A stretch of 62,173 bases of DNA, counting the filler, from Dirinaria sp. TL-2023a (Eukaryota): assembly GCA_051941275.1 (NCBI GenBank). It is 6 parts of 6 records of this genome, joined end to end, with 100 filler letters (N's around TTAATTAATTAA, not from the genome) between each part and the next. Parts side by side here need not be neighbours in the genome. Positions count along the whole stretch, not along the records: positions 31,201 to 41,459 come from JAVEBF010000955.1; positions 41,560 to 51,818 come from JAVEBF010000956.1; 4 more parts are not named here. The stretch is one strand, 5' to 3'. A program made the position numbers and the translations under genes. Shown here one piece after another: positions 38,064-50,299 of this stretch; position 1 is the stretch's first letter; each line of letters begins with the position of its first letter. Below the pieces are notes generated by a model, which was given only the letters and a program-made list of their open reading frames with translations, was not told the origin of the DNA and ran no database searches.

Positions 38064-38502
38064 GGCCGATCTCTGCTCAGGGTGCCAGTTTCGAGAAAAG
38101 CGATGTCAACGACATGACGATAGACTAGAAGCAGGAAGAGAAGTAAGCTCAAATCGATCAAACGTTACTTCAGAGACCCCTAATATATTCCTGGCCCTAG
38201 ATTATGATTGAAAGCAATCAACGAAATTCAAAAGCTTCGATGAGATCATGAGATGTTGCTGTAGGCGATTTCGATCGAAGCGATGACTACGAACGACTAT
38301 CGATAGCACCAATCCCTGTAGGAAGTATAGTACATAGTAATCACATGACTACAGAGTTCTGACTTCAAATCTGGAATTTCACGTAGTCACATATTGTACT
38401 CTTGCACTCACTCGCTATTCATGATGAAAATGAACAGCATTTGAGGTTTCTCCTCTTGGCACGAGCTTGACGCCGCGGGCCGAAGATCGACATGCGACTG
38501 CA

Positions 38503-38547
38503 CAGCCTCTTTCTCCAGCCTCTTTCTCCAGCCTCTTTCCCCAGCCT
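38503..38547. repeat. 13-bp minisatellite CAGCCTCTTTCTC, about 3.5 copies
   Basis: Units start at 38503, 38516, 38529 and 38542 (partial). Confidence 0.9.
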
Positions 38548-38732
38548 GATTGAGCCTCCAGATCAGCCTTGTTACGATCAGATTGTGAATGCTGATCCGC
38601 ATTTTTATACCGTGAGTCTCTGCTAAGTAAATTGCGTTGCGCCTCTCCTACTCAACATCCCCCAGAGTTTTCTCCCCTTTCCGCTCTTCTATTTCTTGAT
38701 CTGCATCATTCGACTATGCTTTGACCACTATC

Positions 38733-40049
38733 ATGTCTCTTCGGATCGACGTCCCTAATGTATGCTACACTGCGTCTTCTCCCGTCACTGGTACAGTGAC
38801 CCTGATTGGTACCGACGACGTTGGCGTCGGGAGTATAAGCATCACCTTTTCCGGGCGCTGCAAATCGAAAATCGTAATCTCGCGCGGCAACAATGGCAAC
38901 TCGACCTACCGGGGTCGTGTGAACCTCTTTGCATACACCCGGACGCTTTTTAAAGGTCCGCACACCTTGCATCCGAATGAGCACAGCTGGCCGTTCACTT
39001 TCCAATTTCCAGCCATATGCGAGGCCAGCTCGGGAGATCGGTTCCAGCCGCATCCAAGGTTCTGTGGCGATGCTAACCAGCCGTTGCCTTCTACTTATAA
39101 CCTCCCTGAGAGTGGGTGGCAGCACCGGCAAAGTGGATATATAAGCTACCAGCTCGAGGCGACGCTCATGAAAGATGGCACCAAAGTCTTCTCCACAGGA
39201 CAGAGTTCGACGAAAAAAGCGCTGAAATTCATCAAGCCGAGAGCAGAGGCTGAGCCGAGTCCGAGATTGTGTACGTGGCAAAACCAGATTAGGTGCCAGA
39301 GCATGCATTTACTCCCTGGTTTTGAGGAGCGGAGTCTGAGCTTGAAGGAGAAGCTAGCTTCGATGAGGTCGAAAAATGTTCCCACCGCCGCCTTTAGAAT
39401 TCTGCTGGAGATGCCCAAGGTAGGCGTGTGCCAACAAACGCTGCCGCTATACTTAAGTATGGAGCACGAGCTAGAGAAAGGCAGCGTGCCAGCGCCGCCC
39501 CCGGTGGTCCTGAAGAGCGTCAAAGTGGCTCTGCATGCAAACGGTTCGGTCCGGTGTATCAATGACGGATTCTCGAGCGTGTTTGACGAAAGCGACAAGG
39601 AGGAATTCTGGGATGAGGAGCACATCATCGCGGTTCTAGATATCAAAGACCGTGCCACGCCAATCAACGGGCGCATGGATCTTCGAGACTTGATGAACCT
39701 GAAAATCCGGTCGCGCTCTAGCCTAGACGGTTTCGGTCTACTGCAGCCTTCTTTCGCCACCTTCAACCTCGAACTGCACTACTACCTACGGGTCAAGATT
39801 GCAGTAGAATGCGCGCAGAAAACATTCAAGCAAGAGTTCGTGTCCCGACCGCTAGAGCTACTCGCAGAGGACTGCATCGGCAGCTTCCGGCAGCCTCTCT
39901 CGCCGGAGCAAGCAGCGAAAGCAGTTTTACCTCAGCATGCGCCCGCATATAGTGAAGCTGGCCCTTCGGAGCCACTACCTCCGTATGCGAGGAATCCCGA
40001 GCTCTGGACACCCAGTGCTGGCAAATCTCCTCCAACCGCGTTTACGTGA
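38733..40049 (+). CDS. Alpha-arrestin-like protein (Arrestin_N-like)
   Basis: YTASSPVTGTVTL..SITFSGRCKSKI..YRGRVNLF, HSWPFTFQFP, LPSTY..ISYQLEA and PSFATFNL..YYLRVKI. C-terminal APAY/LPPY motifs of the Rsp5-binding type. Confidence 0.85.
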   Translation: MSLRIDVPNVCYTASSPVTGTVTLIGTDDVGVGSISITFSGRCKSKIVISRGNNGNSTYRGRVNLFAYTRTLFKGPHTLHPNEHSWPFTFQFPAICEASSGDRFQPHPRFCGDANQPLPSTYNLPESGWQHRQSGYISYQLEATLMKDGTKVFSTGQSSTKKALKFIKPRAEAEPSPRLCTWQNQIRCQSMHLLPGFEERSLSLKEKLASMRSKNVPTAAFRILLEMPKVGVCQQTLPLYLSMEHELEKGSVPAPPPVVLKSVKVALHANGSVRCINDGFSSVFDESDKEEFWDEEHIIAVLDIKDRATPINGRMDLRDLMNLKIRSRSSLDGFGLLQPSFATFNLELHYYLRVKIAVECAQKTFKQEFVSRPLELLAEDCIGSFRQPLSPEQAAKAVLPQHAPAYSEAGPSEPLPPYARNPELWTPSAGKSPPTAFT

Positions 40050-41459
40050 AAACATCAAGAACCTGCCATGCATCTCGATTGTAGATAGTGGGTCTTCCCA
40101 CACGAACCTGGGGAAATGAAAGCTATCCAATCCAACCCGTCGTTCCGGAAACGGATTGAAAGCCCCTATCCACACCTTCTGCAACCCATTGATCCTGATA
40201 GACACAGTAGTAACCTATACCATTGCTTGGGTGCTAATTCCAAGCTACATCAGCGAGCGCCTTATGACCTTTCCCCCATCCTTTAAAAAAAAAGTCCCAA
40301 TAGTGTGGGGATAGACCAATCAACTAACGAAGAACCAACCCGCCGCCGATTCGATAACCTATTGAAGCTGTATTCACCACAGCAACAGCGTCCAAACCAC
40401 GATAGGGCATTCTCACATCGAGAAATCATCGATGAACCGCGAGAAAGCTGTACTGATCACAGTAAGATCCATCGATGATTCACGGACATGGAACTGATAC
40501 CGCTGTCTATAGATTAGCCAACAAGCCTACTAGTATCTCAGCTGCTTCATTCTTCCCAGCAGTAGAATGTATAATCATTGCTATTCTGTATCCAATCTTT
40601 CAATCCCATATCCTCCCCGTTCCTTCCATCCTCTCCACTCATCTACCACCGAGGCCCCCTCCCCTTCTTTCAGTGACTTTACCGCTCTATTGAAATCCTA
40701 TCCCTTCCTGTCCTCCCCGCCTTCCCTGCCGCAGTCTGTTTGAATAGATAGATAAATTAATCAACTCACCAAATTAAGGAAACATCGCTCCCTATGTACC
40801 TAGTCCCACCAGCTCCGAGTAATAATATATTCTTCAGAAAAAAAAAAGAATTTCCGCATTATTTAATTCAATCCTTTCTGAGTGTGGAATTCTTAACTCT
40901 TTTCTCTCTCATGCCCTTTTCAACCCACTATCCAAAGGAAAAGAAGACACTATCTTATCAACAGCTCTTTACCCACCGAGCCGAAAAACTTCTTGTTTTA
41001 AAGGTGAGATTCGGATCTTCTTCTTTGATGAGATTGGATTGGATTAGATTGGTTATGTATTTACTCGTGATTTGGGGGGGTTTTGGTATAGATTGGAGTC
41101 GAGGTTTAGGATATTGTAGTATATCCTCGTTGATGATAATTTACTTGGAGATCTAAACATTTCAAAGTAATTCATCAGGTTTAAATTCAGGCCTAATTTC
41201 AAGCTCATAGCACAGCATTCGTAACCCTCAACCTCAACCCCGGCCTCAATCCTCGTACCGTACATGGCGGAGGATTTTGAAAATCGCGTGTTTTGTTTTG
41301 TCTTCGACGGATTCACTGCATTTCATCTCCGTTACAGTTTACACCTTCGTTTAAAAAAAGAATCAAAATATAAACAGAGAGAAGCGAAGTTGAACATAGA
41401 ATAAGAATAAGAAGGGATTTCGATATCTTATTTCATTTTTCCCCCCCTCCCATCAATTC

Positions 41460-41559
41460 NNNNNNNNNNNNNNNNNNNNNNNNNNNNNNNNNNNNNNNNN
41501 NNNTTAATTAATTAANNNNNNNNNNNNNNNNNNNNNNNNNNNNNNNNNNNNNNNNNNNN
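41460..41559. other. Artificial contig spacer
   Basis: N44-TTAATTAATTAA-N44. Confidence 0.99.
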
Positions 41560-42580
41560 ATACGTATCCAAACCTGCATGACACTGAAGCACTCTGAACC
41601 AAACGCATAAATACTTCCATTCTGTTAGAACCCGTGCAGAGCTCAGGTCAATGCAGGTATGATTAACTAAGATATTATCACTAAGGAAGGAAAGAAGAAG
41701 AAGAGAAGCTAGATACAATGGGGGTCCCAGATATATACGCGTGCGGGTGTCGCGTATCCCGATCGAGTTAGCGCATTACCTCTGAGAACCCTGGGAGGTG
41801 TTGCCCCAGGTAGTATACCAGATGCATGCTCGTAACACATTCCAAAAAAAAAAAAAAACGCCTTGTGCCTGAAAACAAATATCCATGGGAGGAAGATTAC
41901 ATATCATATATATCTCAACCCTAGAATTTCTAAGCGATGCAGCTGGGGTGTCAATAATTCCAGATCGAGGACTTTTGTTGGTTTAATTAGTAAAGACTGG
42001 TACTTTTGTTGCCTGCTCACTCATGGGCGAGAAGGGATCTCTTGATTCTGAGGTGCGCTTTGACTAAGGGGGCTGGATTGTAGAGCGGGAGTTTCGTGCG
42101 GTGGAGGTTAGTGGAGGGTAGGAGAGACGTTTTTTATAGGCGAAAGGGGTTTGAGAATGGGGAGCTAGGTTTTGTTTTGGACTTGTAAGACGTTGCGCAA
42201 GGCTGAGTTAGTCTTTTGGAAGGAAGAATAGAGTCGGGGTTTGAGAAACCTACGATAATATCTTAGGAGTAGCTTGACGGGTGTTGATATGCTAGTGTAA
42301 CTCTTTTTCTCTGGCGTTGAGATGTCTTGCAAGAACCTTGGTCAAGTATATCTATCTACATTGTTCTTCATAGATTTCTCATATCTTACTACTCGACACT
42401 GAAAGCCAGGACGATGGGGTTTGGAGGCTTGAAGTTCCTAAATATGCTTTATTTGCTTTTTTCTAGATATCTCATAATTTTTCCTGAGCTACTATGCACA
42501 TACCCAAGCTTTCCAGGCCTGGATCTTTTTTTTGATTTCTCTCCCGTCCCGAGGATCCAGCTCAGACGTAGATACTAATC

Positions 42581-43795
42581 CTAGGAGCGTATGTACCGTG
42601 CCATACTAACGCGCGACAACGTACCACCTGGCATAGCCGGTCCAGGTCCGACACCCAACCCGCCGTTCGTGCTAACGTACAGCATGTTGGAATCCGAAGG
42701 CATGCGACCGAATCGACACGCCGTGGGGCCTGCCAGTGCGGTCGACGAATTCGCCACGACGTGGATGTTCGTTGCATTGCTCGCCACGAGACCGATGCCG
42801 TGCGAGGAGAAGACGGACATGTAGCCGTTGCCGGCGTTGTCGAAGACGAAGTCGTCGACCTCCGCTCCTTTGGCGACCACCTCCGATGAAGCGGCCGCGG
42901 TCCCGTTATCGTGAAGCGGGATCTTGACGAAGGTTTTCTCGCACGGATTGGTGAAGTAGAGGGTTTTGTCGCGGATCTTGATGCCGTCGATGCCGACGGG
43001 ATTACCTGGAGTTGGCTTCATGGTCGGGTCTTCGATGACGACCTCGACGGCTCCGCTGTGAACACAAACGCGGTAGAGAATGCCGGCTCCCGCATCGCCG
43101 ACGAGCAGAAGGCCTTCACTGGCGTTGAGAACGTCCATGCCATCCAGAAGCACAGCTTTGGGGAGATGGGCCGAGTGTACGACGGCAGGTGGATGAAGGA
43201 GCATATTGACACAATATATGTCCCAAGCGCCGGGCGTGTTGGTGTTCGTTTGCTGTGAATAATTCCCTGCTATCACACAGAAAACGTCATGTTGGAGCTC
43301 AACTATGCCGAGGAGGCCGAGGTGGTTAGTGAAGCTGTGCACGAGGACTGGCTGACGGTTGGTCGGATCGATGAGGTAGAGATCCGGAGAGGTCATGACT
43401 GTTACCAGCACCTGACCTTTGATGGCTCCAGAGTCAGCGTTTGCTTTTCTTACAAGACTTTGAGAGGCTAAGGCTTTGGCTGAGCAGTACCAGGATCTCG
43501 CAATGTAATACAAAGCACCACCACCAAGCTAGCAATAGGTAGAAGATGTCTTACCGTTGGAGCGAACAGCAAGGTTCTCGAGCCACGTATTATTAGGGAA
43601 TTGATAAATGATCTCCACACTCGGACCTTTGGCGAGATCCTCAGTCGTGACAGTATCACGGGCCATGAGAGATCCATGGCGGTGATGCTTAGGCATCGCA
43701 ATATGGCGGTCTTTTGACGCTAGGGCAATCACATCGGTTAGAAAAATGCAGAAGAAGAGATAGGCTGACGCCAACATGGCCGAGGATTTAGACAT
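42581..43795 (-). CDS. Secreted six-bladed beta-propeller (SMP-30/gluconolactonase-like), two exons
   Basis: Signal peptide, then IYQFPNNTWLENLAVRSNG/QVLVT, LLGIVEL..DVF, LDGM, GIDGIKIRDKTLYFTN, DDFVFD and GPTACRFGR..LYVSTNGG. Confidence 0.88.
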
Positions 43796-45790
43796 AATCT
43801 CGTTGTTAGTGTTCGGTAGCTCCTTGCTTGATACTTCGAGAACGGAGGAAGGAAGAACCAAGGAGCAGAACTTGTATAGTGAAAGGGGAATGATCAAATA
43901 TTATCTATATCACACAGAATTCCTCGCTTGGGAATTCGAGAATCGAGGGGTAAACAGCCAATGTGCAGAACCAGTACAGTGAAGGTGGATGAATCTAGAT
44001 CAGTGAGGATTGCCAGCGCATTTTATAGGAGATTCATGGACTCAAAGACGATGGATCCTTCTGAGAAGACTAATACCCTTGTCTAGTCAGGTCGCATACA
44101 CTTTGATCTTGCATAGCGTGTCTTGCGGAGCCTTAATACGGCATATGACACCTCGGATATCAGAACCCGTGGCCTCGCCGCTTGGATTCTTTATTCCCTC
44201 CTCTTGCGTGATGTGAGGTGGGTACAAGAGTTTTGGCAATCTCCGAACAGTCTGAGGTAACACTGTGGGTCCTGCTTGGATGCACTGGCCTTGTTCGCAG
44301 CTGTGTGTTGCATATGTTCCGGCACATACTGTGTTGGATACCTGCAAGTGCAGCTCGTACTTCTGTGTCAGCTCTGTCGGCAATCTCTTTGGGCCCTCGT
44401 GACTTAGTCTCACTTCAGCATTTTGGTATGACAGGTATCCTCTTGAAGCTGCATTGGACGCGCTGACTATCACGAGTTGCGAGCTACCGTCAAATACGAT
44501 TCGGACAGTGCATGACAAAGGATATCCGCTCGCAACAGGTGGCCTCTTAGTCCCTTTTGCTAGTATGGACCTCCGGCTTGTTTTTCTCTCTTCCTTTTTC
44601 TTTCCTCTTACCTTCTGTTTTTGGTAGTAGGGCTTCTTTATTCTTGAAAAGTTTTGATCGGAAGTGTATATCATGTGACCAACCTTCTTTCTGTGAAGAA
44701 AACGTGTATTCGTTGCGACCACTCTTATGAGCATACTTAACACTAATTCAAGAACACAGATACTTACTTTTGTTGCAGGGGGCTCCACTGTCGCCACACC
44801 ACCTTGACTTTGCTGCCACAATCTCCTTCCCACTACCTGTTTTCATCTATCAATACCTTTTTCAAAACTCCCCCTTAAAAAACTTCAACGTTCAACGATT
44901 TGCATATTTGACGATGGCACATTCATGGTGAATCAGCCCATCGTCACTTCAATAAACCGTCTTTGCTTGAAATTCGCACTCTGGAAGAGCAGAGAGAATG
45001 GATATACTTGAATCCGAGGCATATAGGATCGGATGCAGTACCATGTGAAAATATGTACTGAGTGGAGAGGGTGGTTTGTTAACAGAGCAGGGTGGTGTGG
45101 CGGCAATGAGATTCTTATTGCAGACAGTCCGTGAGATCAAGAGCGGTTTTGAAGTATGAGAATTCTTTGACTAACACCCTTTTTTCTAGCTCTAATCCCT
45201 AAAAATTGGGGTCATTAATACGGCGCGGCCCCTCAAAAACCTCATTTTCGTAATTTGCAGGAAAAGTCGGACAGTAATTTTAGCTGAGATGATCGACAAG
45301 CTTCACATTTTCACGTCTGTTTTCATCTATTGGGGTCAAAATACAACAAGTCAAAAAGACAACATGAGAGGGATTGAAAAAAGAAGAAACGCAGCTAAGT
45401 AGGGGAAAGGTACGAACAGAGATTTGATCGGGACTACACTTTAGACCTACCTACTGTCGGTTTTTTTTTTTTTGGCAAGTTAGATCCTAAGTCAAATCAT
45501 AGCGTTGGCTTTGGACAGAAGTCTCTCAATTGCCGCATTCAAACAAAATCAAAATGCTGCCGGCACTAGACTTCGAACGCGATCTATTCAGATGCAGAAG
45601 TCAAGTCTTGCAGGCGTGGAACCACCCCAGGCATTTGGAGGTCCGAGGGGTCCCAATTGTCAGATTGTTGTAAACAATAATACTAATACCTGTGTGTACT
45701 CACCCATGTTGTGTGACACGCTTTACCGCAAATGGAAATCCCGTGCAAACCTAACTACGGTACTCCGTATCTAAATGTAAAATACACCCA

Positions 45791-45816
45791 ACGCGTTCTC
45801 GTCTCCACATACGCGT
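45791..45816. promoter_or_regulatory. Two MCB (MluI cell-cycle box) elements, ACGCGT
   Basis: ACGCGT at 45791 and 45811, 130-160 bp upstream of ATG 45949. Confidence 0.5.
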
Positions 45817-45948
45817 CTCATCTTAAGGCAAGGTACTTGTAGCATTCAGACTCCTAGGAGCAACAGGAATTCGTGCCGTTAGAGAGACGACCTTCCACTA
45901 CGAGTTCCATCAAAGCCACTTACACTTTACCTGCCACTTGGAAAGTGA

Positions 45949-47275
45949 ATGAGGCCCTCTTCCAGAAATGATATGTCTAGAATACCAAGTCAAAGGCCAC
46001 GGTTCTACCGTGAGCCTCGGTCGAATGCAAAGCTCACAGAAGCATACGACGCAGGATCGGGACTGGTCTACACGGAAGTGAGCTGCAAAAGTGGACCAAT
46101 GACCGCAGACTGGACATGGAAAACATTAGGCAGCAGTAAACAGCATAGGCGCTTCCTTTCCACAGGTCCCGGATGTGATTCACTGTGGAACATGGCAGTT
46201 CGTAGCGCATTGTCCAACTGCTCCAGCATCACGGCGGAAAGCCTGAAACCCTTGCCGTGGCACATCGGGCAGCGACTTTGGCACCGATTACGCTCGAGGT
46301 GCCCCAAGCCTGATGTCTGCGATAGCGTGACTTCACTAACTGCGATATAGCCAACTCGATAGTATTCATGTCTGGAAAGCGTTTGCAACAGCGTATGCAC
46401 ATGAGAGCGATCCTTCACTCAAGTATAGGGAGCATAGCCTAAAACGACCGACCATGGGGTTTCTGGACTACATCACGCCGTTGATATCATCCTCCTTCAA
46501 CTGGCTTACCTTCTTGACAATCTCAAACATAACCTGCTCACGCGGCGACATAGTCAAATTAAGCGAATTAGTAAATCTCGGTGTTTTGACTGTTGATAGA
46601 GGCGTTAGGTGCCCAGAATTTGGTCTCGAAGATGGTATAGTGAGAGCTTGGGAAAGAGCAGCCAACGAATCGGACGCTTTTCGTATGCTTCGTGTTCTGA
46701 ACTTTAGAGGACAAAGGGACATTAGCGACCGTGTTTTCTTGTATCTGCAGGGTTTCCCTGCACTCGCGCTCTTTATTCTCGAAGATTGCGACATTGGGGT
46801 CAAGGATGTGGACACAGCTGCTGGCGCCGGTTGGAAGTGTAAGACCGAGCACAATCTCACCGACTTCCTCCCAGAACCTGGCTGTGTAAATAACAACTGG
46901 AACTCGGTCACTCATGCTGCCTTTCGAGCTGCTGGTATCATCAATACCGAAAGAATGATCGCAGGATCCAAGAGCCTTCATCGCGATATAAGCACTGCCG
47001 ACAGGGCAGAAGCTGTCGATCTCCTCCCTGTGCTCCATTTCTCATTCGCTGGAGCCCCACGAGATGCAGATCTTGACAGAAATTGCAAGCTGCAGTGCTT
47101 TGAACGCACAACAGCGAGGTCAAACATGTCAGAGAAGCATGACACAGGCTTGAAGCGGCCATTGGGCGGATGCTCGCCACGCCCTCGATGTTCTCGAAAG
47201 AAGCCTGTCATTCGAGCGTCGAAACAGCTGGACGTAAACAGTTGGTTTACAGGACTCACACAACCGCAGAGCTAA
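45949..47275 (+). CDS. Fungal hypothetical protein, LRR/RNI-like in its middle, two exons
   Basis: Intron at about 46299-46349 joins LPWHIGQRLWHRL to QLDSIHVWKAFATAY. Then NWLTFLTIS..LSELVNLGVL, DGIVRAW..AFRMLRVL and LQGFPALALF. Confidence 0.75.
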
Positions 47276-47503
47276 GAAGATTATGCCATCGATCTTACAC
47301 AGTGCAGAATACTCCAACATTCGCTGGGTAGTGCACTGAGTACGGAAAACTGTCCAACTGTTTTCTCATGTGACGCTTGCGCAGAGGAGATCGGACAAAT
47401 TTGAAAGGAAACTTCAGTCACATCATAATTTTTTTTTTTTTTACCTTTTCACCATCCCCACCAAGCAAGAAGGTGCAACAACCGATACCTCGGCCACATA
47501 TTA

Positions 47504-48091
47504 CTAAGCCTTTCTATTCGACTGGATTGAAGTTACGGCGTCATTGGGCACCGCTAGGTGCTGGTTGTAGGGATCCCCATGAACAAGCAGATACCATGGC
47601 TGCTCTTGCTGCAGTTGTGCCCACCCGGCGCCTTGGTGTTCTTTGCATGAGTCTACAAGGGCTCTAGCGGTGTAAACTATGTCTGCCACTGATATTTCTA
47701 TTGCCGTCGGCCCAGTTGATTTCTTGAGTGTAATGTGGCAGGGACTCCATCCGAAGTCTTTGGTCCCCGTCGAGTATAATTTTGGAACTCTGGCACTTGG
47801 AGCGTTGAGCAAGGAATCGAAGATAGGCCGGCAGATCAGGACGTCGATGAAGTAGAAAGAAGGCTTCGAGAGGCAAGTGATGAAAGAGAAGGGCGGGTGA
47901 GGCTCGGGCCCAGGCGGCCCTGGCGGCTCTGGCTTCGGTTTTGGCCTGGGCTTCGGCTTGGTTACTGTGGTGTTGAGCATGCTCATATTGCTCGGATGAT
48001 CTGGAAGTACCAAGACGGTAGAAGGTAATGAGGCTACTTCCAGTGGAAGGAGGCAGACGAAGAGACAAATTGAGAAACATAATCGCCACAT
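47504..48091 (-). CDS. Small secreted 4-Cys protein with Pro/Lys linker (Ecp2/KP4-like pattern)
   Basis: Signal peptide MWRLCFSICLFVCLLPLEVAS, PK/PG-rich linker, then ITC..LICRPIF..PCHITL..ISVADIVYTARALVDSC..GAGWA. Confidence 0.7.
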   Translation of the reverse strand: MWRLCFSICLFVCLLPLEVASLPSTVLVLPDHPSNMSMLNTTVTKPKPRPKPKPEPPGPPGPEPHPPFSFITCLSKPSFYFIDVLICRPIFDSLLNAPSARVPKLYSTGTKDFGWSPCHITLKKSTGPTAIEISVADIVYTARALVDSCKEHQGAGWAQLQQEQPWYLLVHGDPYNQHLAVPNDAVTSIQSNRKA

Positions 48092-48872
48092 TCTTATTGC
48101 CAGTAACAACTCTAGACTGGAAGTTTGTGCTTCGTAACCGAGGAGCGTGATCAGGTATGCAGGGTGTGTTCGTCCAGAATCCAGCAGGTTTCCCTAATAT
48201 GTCTTTCATTGCGCTTAAAAGTGCGGCTACGCATAGATATCTCGAGGCATTATCATCCCATCTTCTCTGGCGCTCTAATGTCCTCCATCCTTGAGTTGAA
48301 GGAAAACCTCGCATAGGCCAGTCATCAAATCGTTCAGTTGTTAAAACCAGATACAACGTGTCATGACCTGTTTCTTAGCTTTATCACCCACTCTCATATC
48401 ACCGACGACTTTTCCGTCTAAAGCTCTAGACGAGCTAAAGGCAGCAAGAGAAAACATTGTCATTCTCAACTCTGATCTGGGCTTCAGGGATTGAGGATAG
48501 GAGATTTAGGGACATCAACTGACTCAAACAAGGTGAATTTGCGGTTGCAGAGATACAAGGTAAGGTAGGTATCGTCTCGAAGGTCTCTCTGGGAGTAAGG
48601 TACCGGGGAGAAAACAACGAGGGTTGAAGCAGGGCTTTACGAGGGTTGTCTGAATACTAACCCTGACAGACTATTCCATTTCCCCTAAACTGAGGTACAT
48701 CGTACCTTACCTTAGCTTAAGTACATGTATTCTGACTTCATGAAGTTCATGTTCTTCGAAACTTGAGCAACAAGGTCTGAAGTCCGTGTCACCGAGACAG
48801 AGATCGCTGCCGCCGCCTCTGCAATCCTATCACATTAAGCACAATCCTCGCATTCACCACATTAGCACCACA

Positions 48873-50079
48873 ATGTCCTTTGCAGCCGTGAACGATCCAG
48901 CTCACGCACCATCTCAGGATGCTCAGTTGCAACCAGCTACAAGCCAACCGAAACCGAAGTACAAGTCTTACAAGTACGCAAGAGCGGGCCTGCCAAATTA
49001 GCCAGCCCGAATTGTAAATTGATAATAGCTGCAGGAAGAAATTTCTAAAGCTAAAACACCAGTTCGACAAGGCCGTATTCGAGAGCACTGCATCTTACGA
49101 AGAAGAGCAGAAGCTGATCAAGACGGCCAAGCGACTCCGCGAGTCGAACGAGTATGTCACTCTAAAAAGACCATTACTCAGGCATGAAACCATGCTGACT
49201 TTGAGCTTTGACAGCCAACTCCTCGATCTACTTCTCCACAAGAATGATTCCCCCAAGCTCCCTCTCCACCTCCAATACGACATCCGTTCCCCTCCACCAG
49301 ACACAGACTCAGTCCCCAGCCTCGAACCGGACCAGACGCCTCCACCTCAACCCCTCATCAAAGCCGAAGAGGAAGCAGACACGGACATACCAGACGACGC
49401 GTCGAGCCCGACGCGCAGGCCGAAATCCCTCTCCATCCTAACCCGAAGCCTCCCACACAGCACGCTGCCGCACGTATCCTCGGAAAACCTGCTGCCGGAC
49501 GACCTCGACTCGGACGAGCCGATCGGGTACTACTCGCCGACGCACGAATCCGCGTACCTGGCGCAACTCGACATCTCGCTGGGCCTGACCCCGGGCGTCG
49601 AACCGCCCAAACCGACGCCCCTGGGCCCGCGCATCGCCGACCGGGAAAAGGAGCGCCTGAAGCAGAACGAGCTCCACAACCCGGTCTCGGCGTACAATTG
49701 GCTGCGCAAGAACCAGCCGCAGGTGTTCCTCCAGGACAACGAAGGCGGTGAGAAGCCCGAGCGGGCGACCAAGAACACCGGTGCGGCAGCTGCCAAAGCG
49801 TCCCCGAAACCGGCCAAGGGTTCACGCAGGAGCGCGGCAAAAAAGGAGAAGGAGGAGCAGCAGGAGGTCGTGCTCGATGATGAGGGGTATGTGATTGGCG
49901 GCCCCGGGTTTGAGGATGTGCCTCCTGCGACGGGGGGCAGGGGGAAGAGGAAGAGGGAGGGCGATGAGGCGTATCGACCGAAGGGTGGGAGCAGTAGGCC
50001 GACGAAGAGGAAGAAGAGAGCTAGTGCGGAAAAAGAGAGGGGCAGCGGGACACCGGTGTCGAAGCAGGAGGGTCCTTGA
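48873..50079 (+). CDS. iec3: INO80 chromatin-remodelling complex subunit Iec3, three exons
   Basis: KYKSYK/KKFLKLKHQFD..AKRLRESND/QLLDLLL, HNPVSAYNWLRKNQPQVFLQD and C-terminal KRKR..YRPKGGSSRPTKRK. Confidence 0.88.
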
Positions 50080-50299
50080 AATTGGGTCCACATGGAGGAG
50101 GAATGATTGTACGATACCCGCTTCTGGTGATCTTCACGCTACGATGGTGATGGATGTATGGATAATACTAAAACCCTGGACTTAGAGTGGGAAGTACGGT
50201 AGGCAATGTCCAAAATGGACACGAATAGGTTCTAGCTTGTCGCACAGCTTTCTAGCTTACCATCACAATCCAATAGACCTCAACTTATCCTTGATTTTA

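Noticed and set aside
44087..44833. 248-aa minus-strand ORF
   Set aside because: Non-ATG start, low-complexity K/R patch from a T-rich tract and no recognisable motif.
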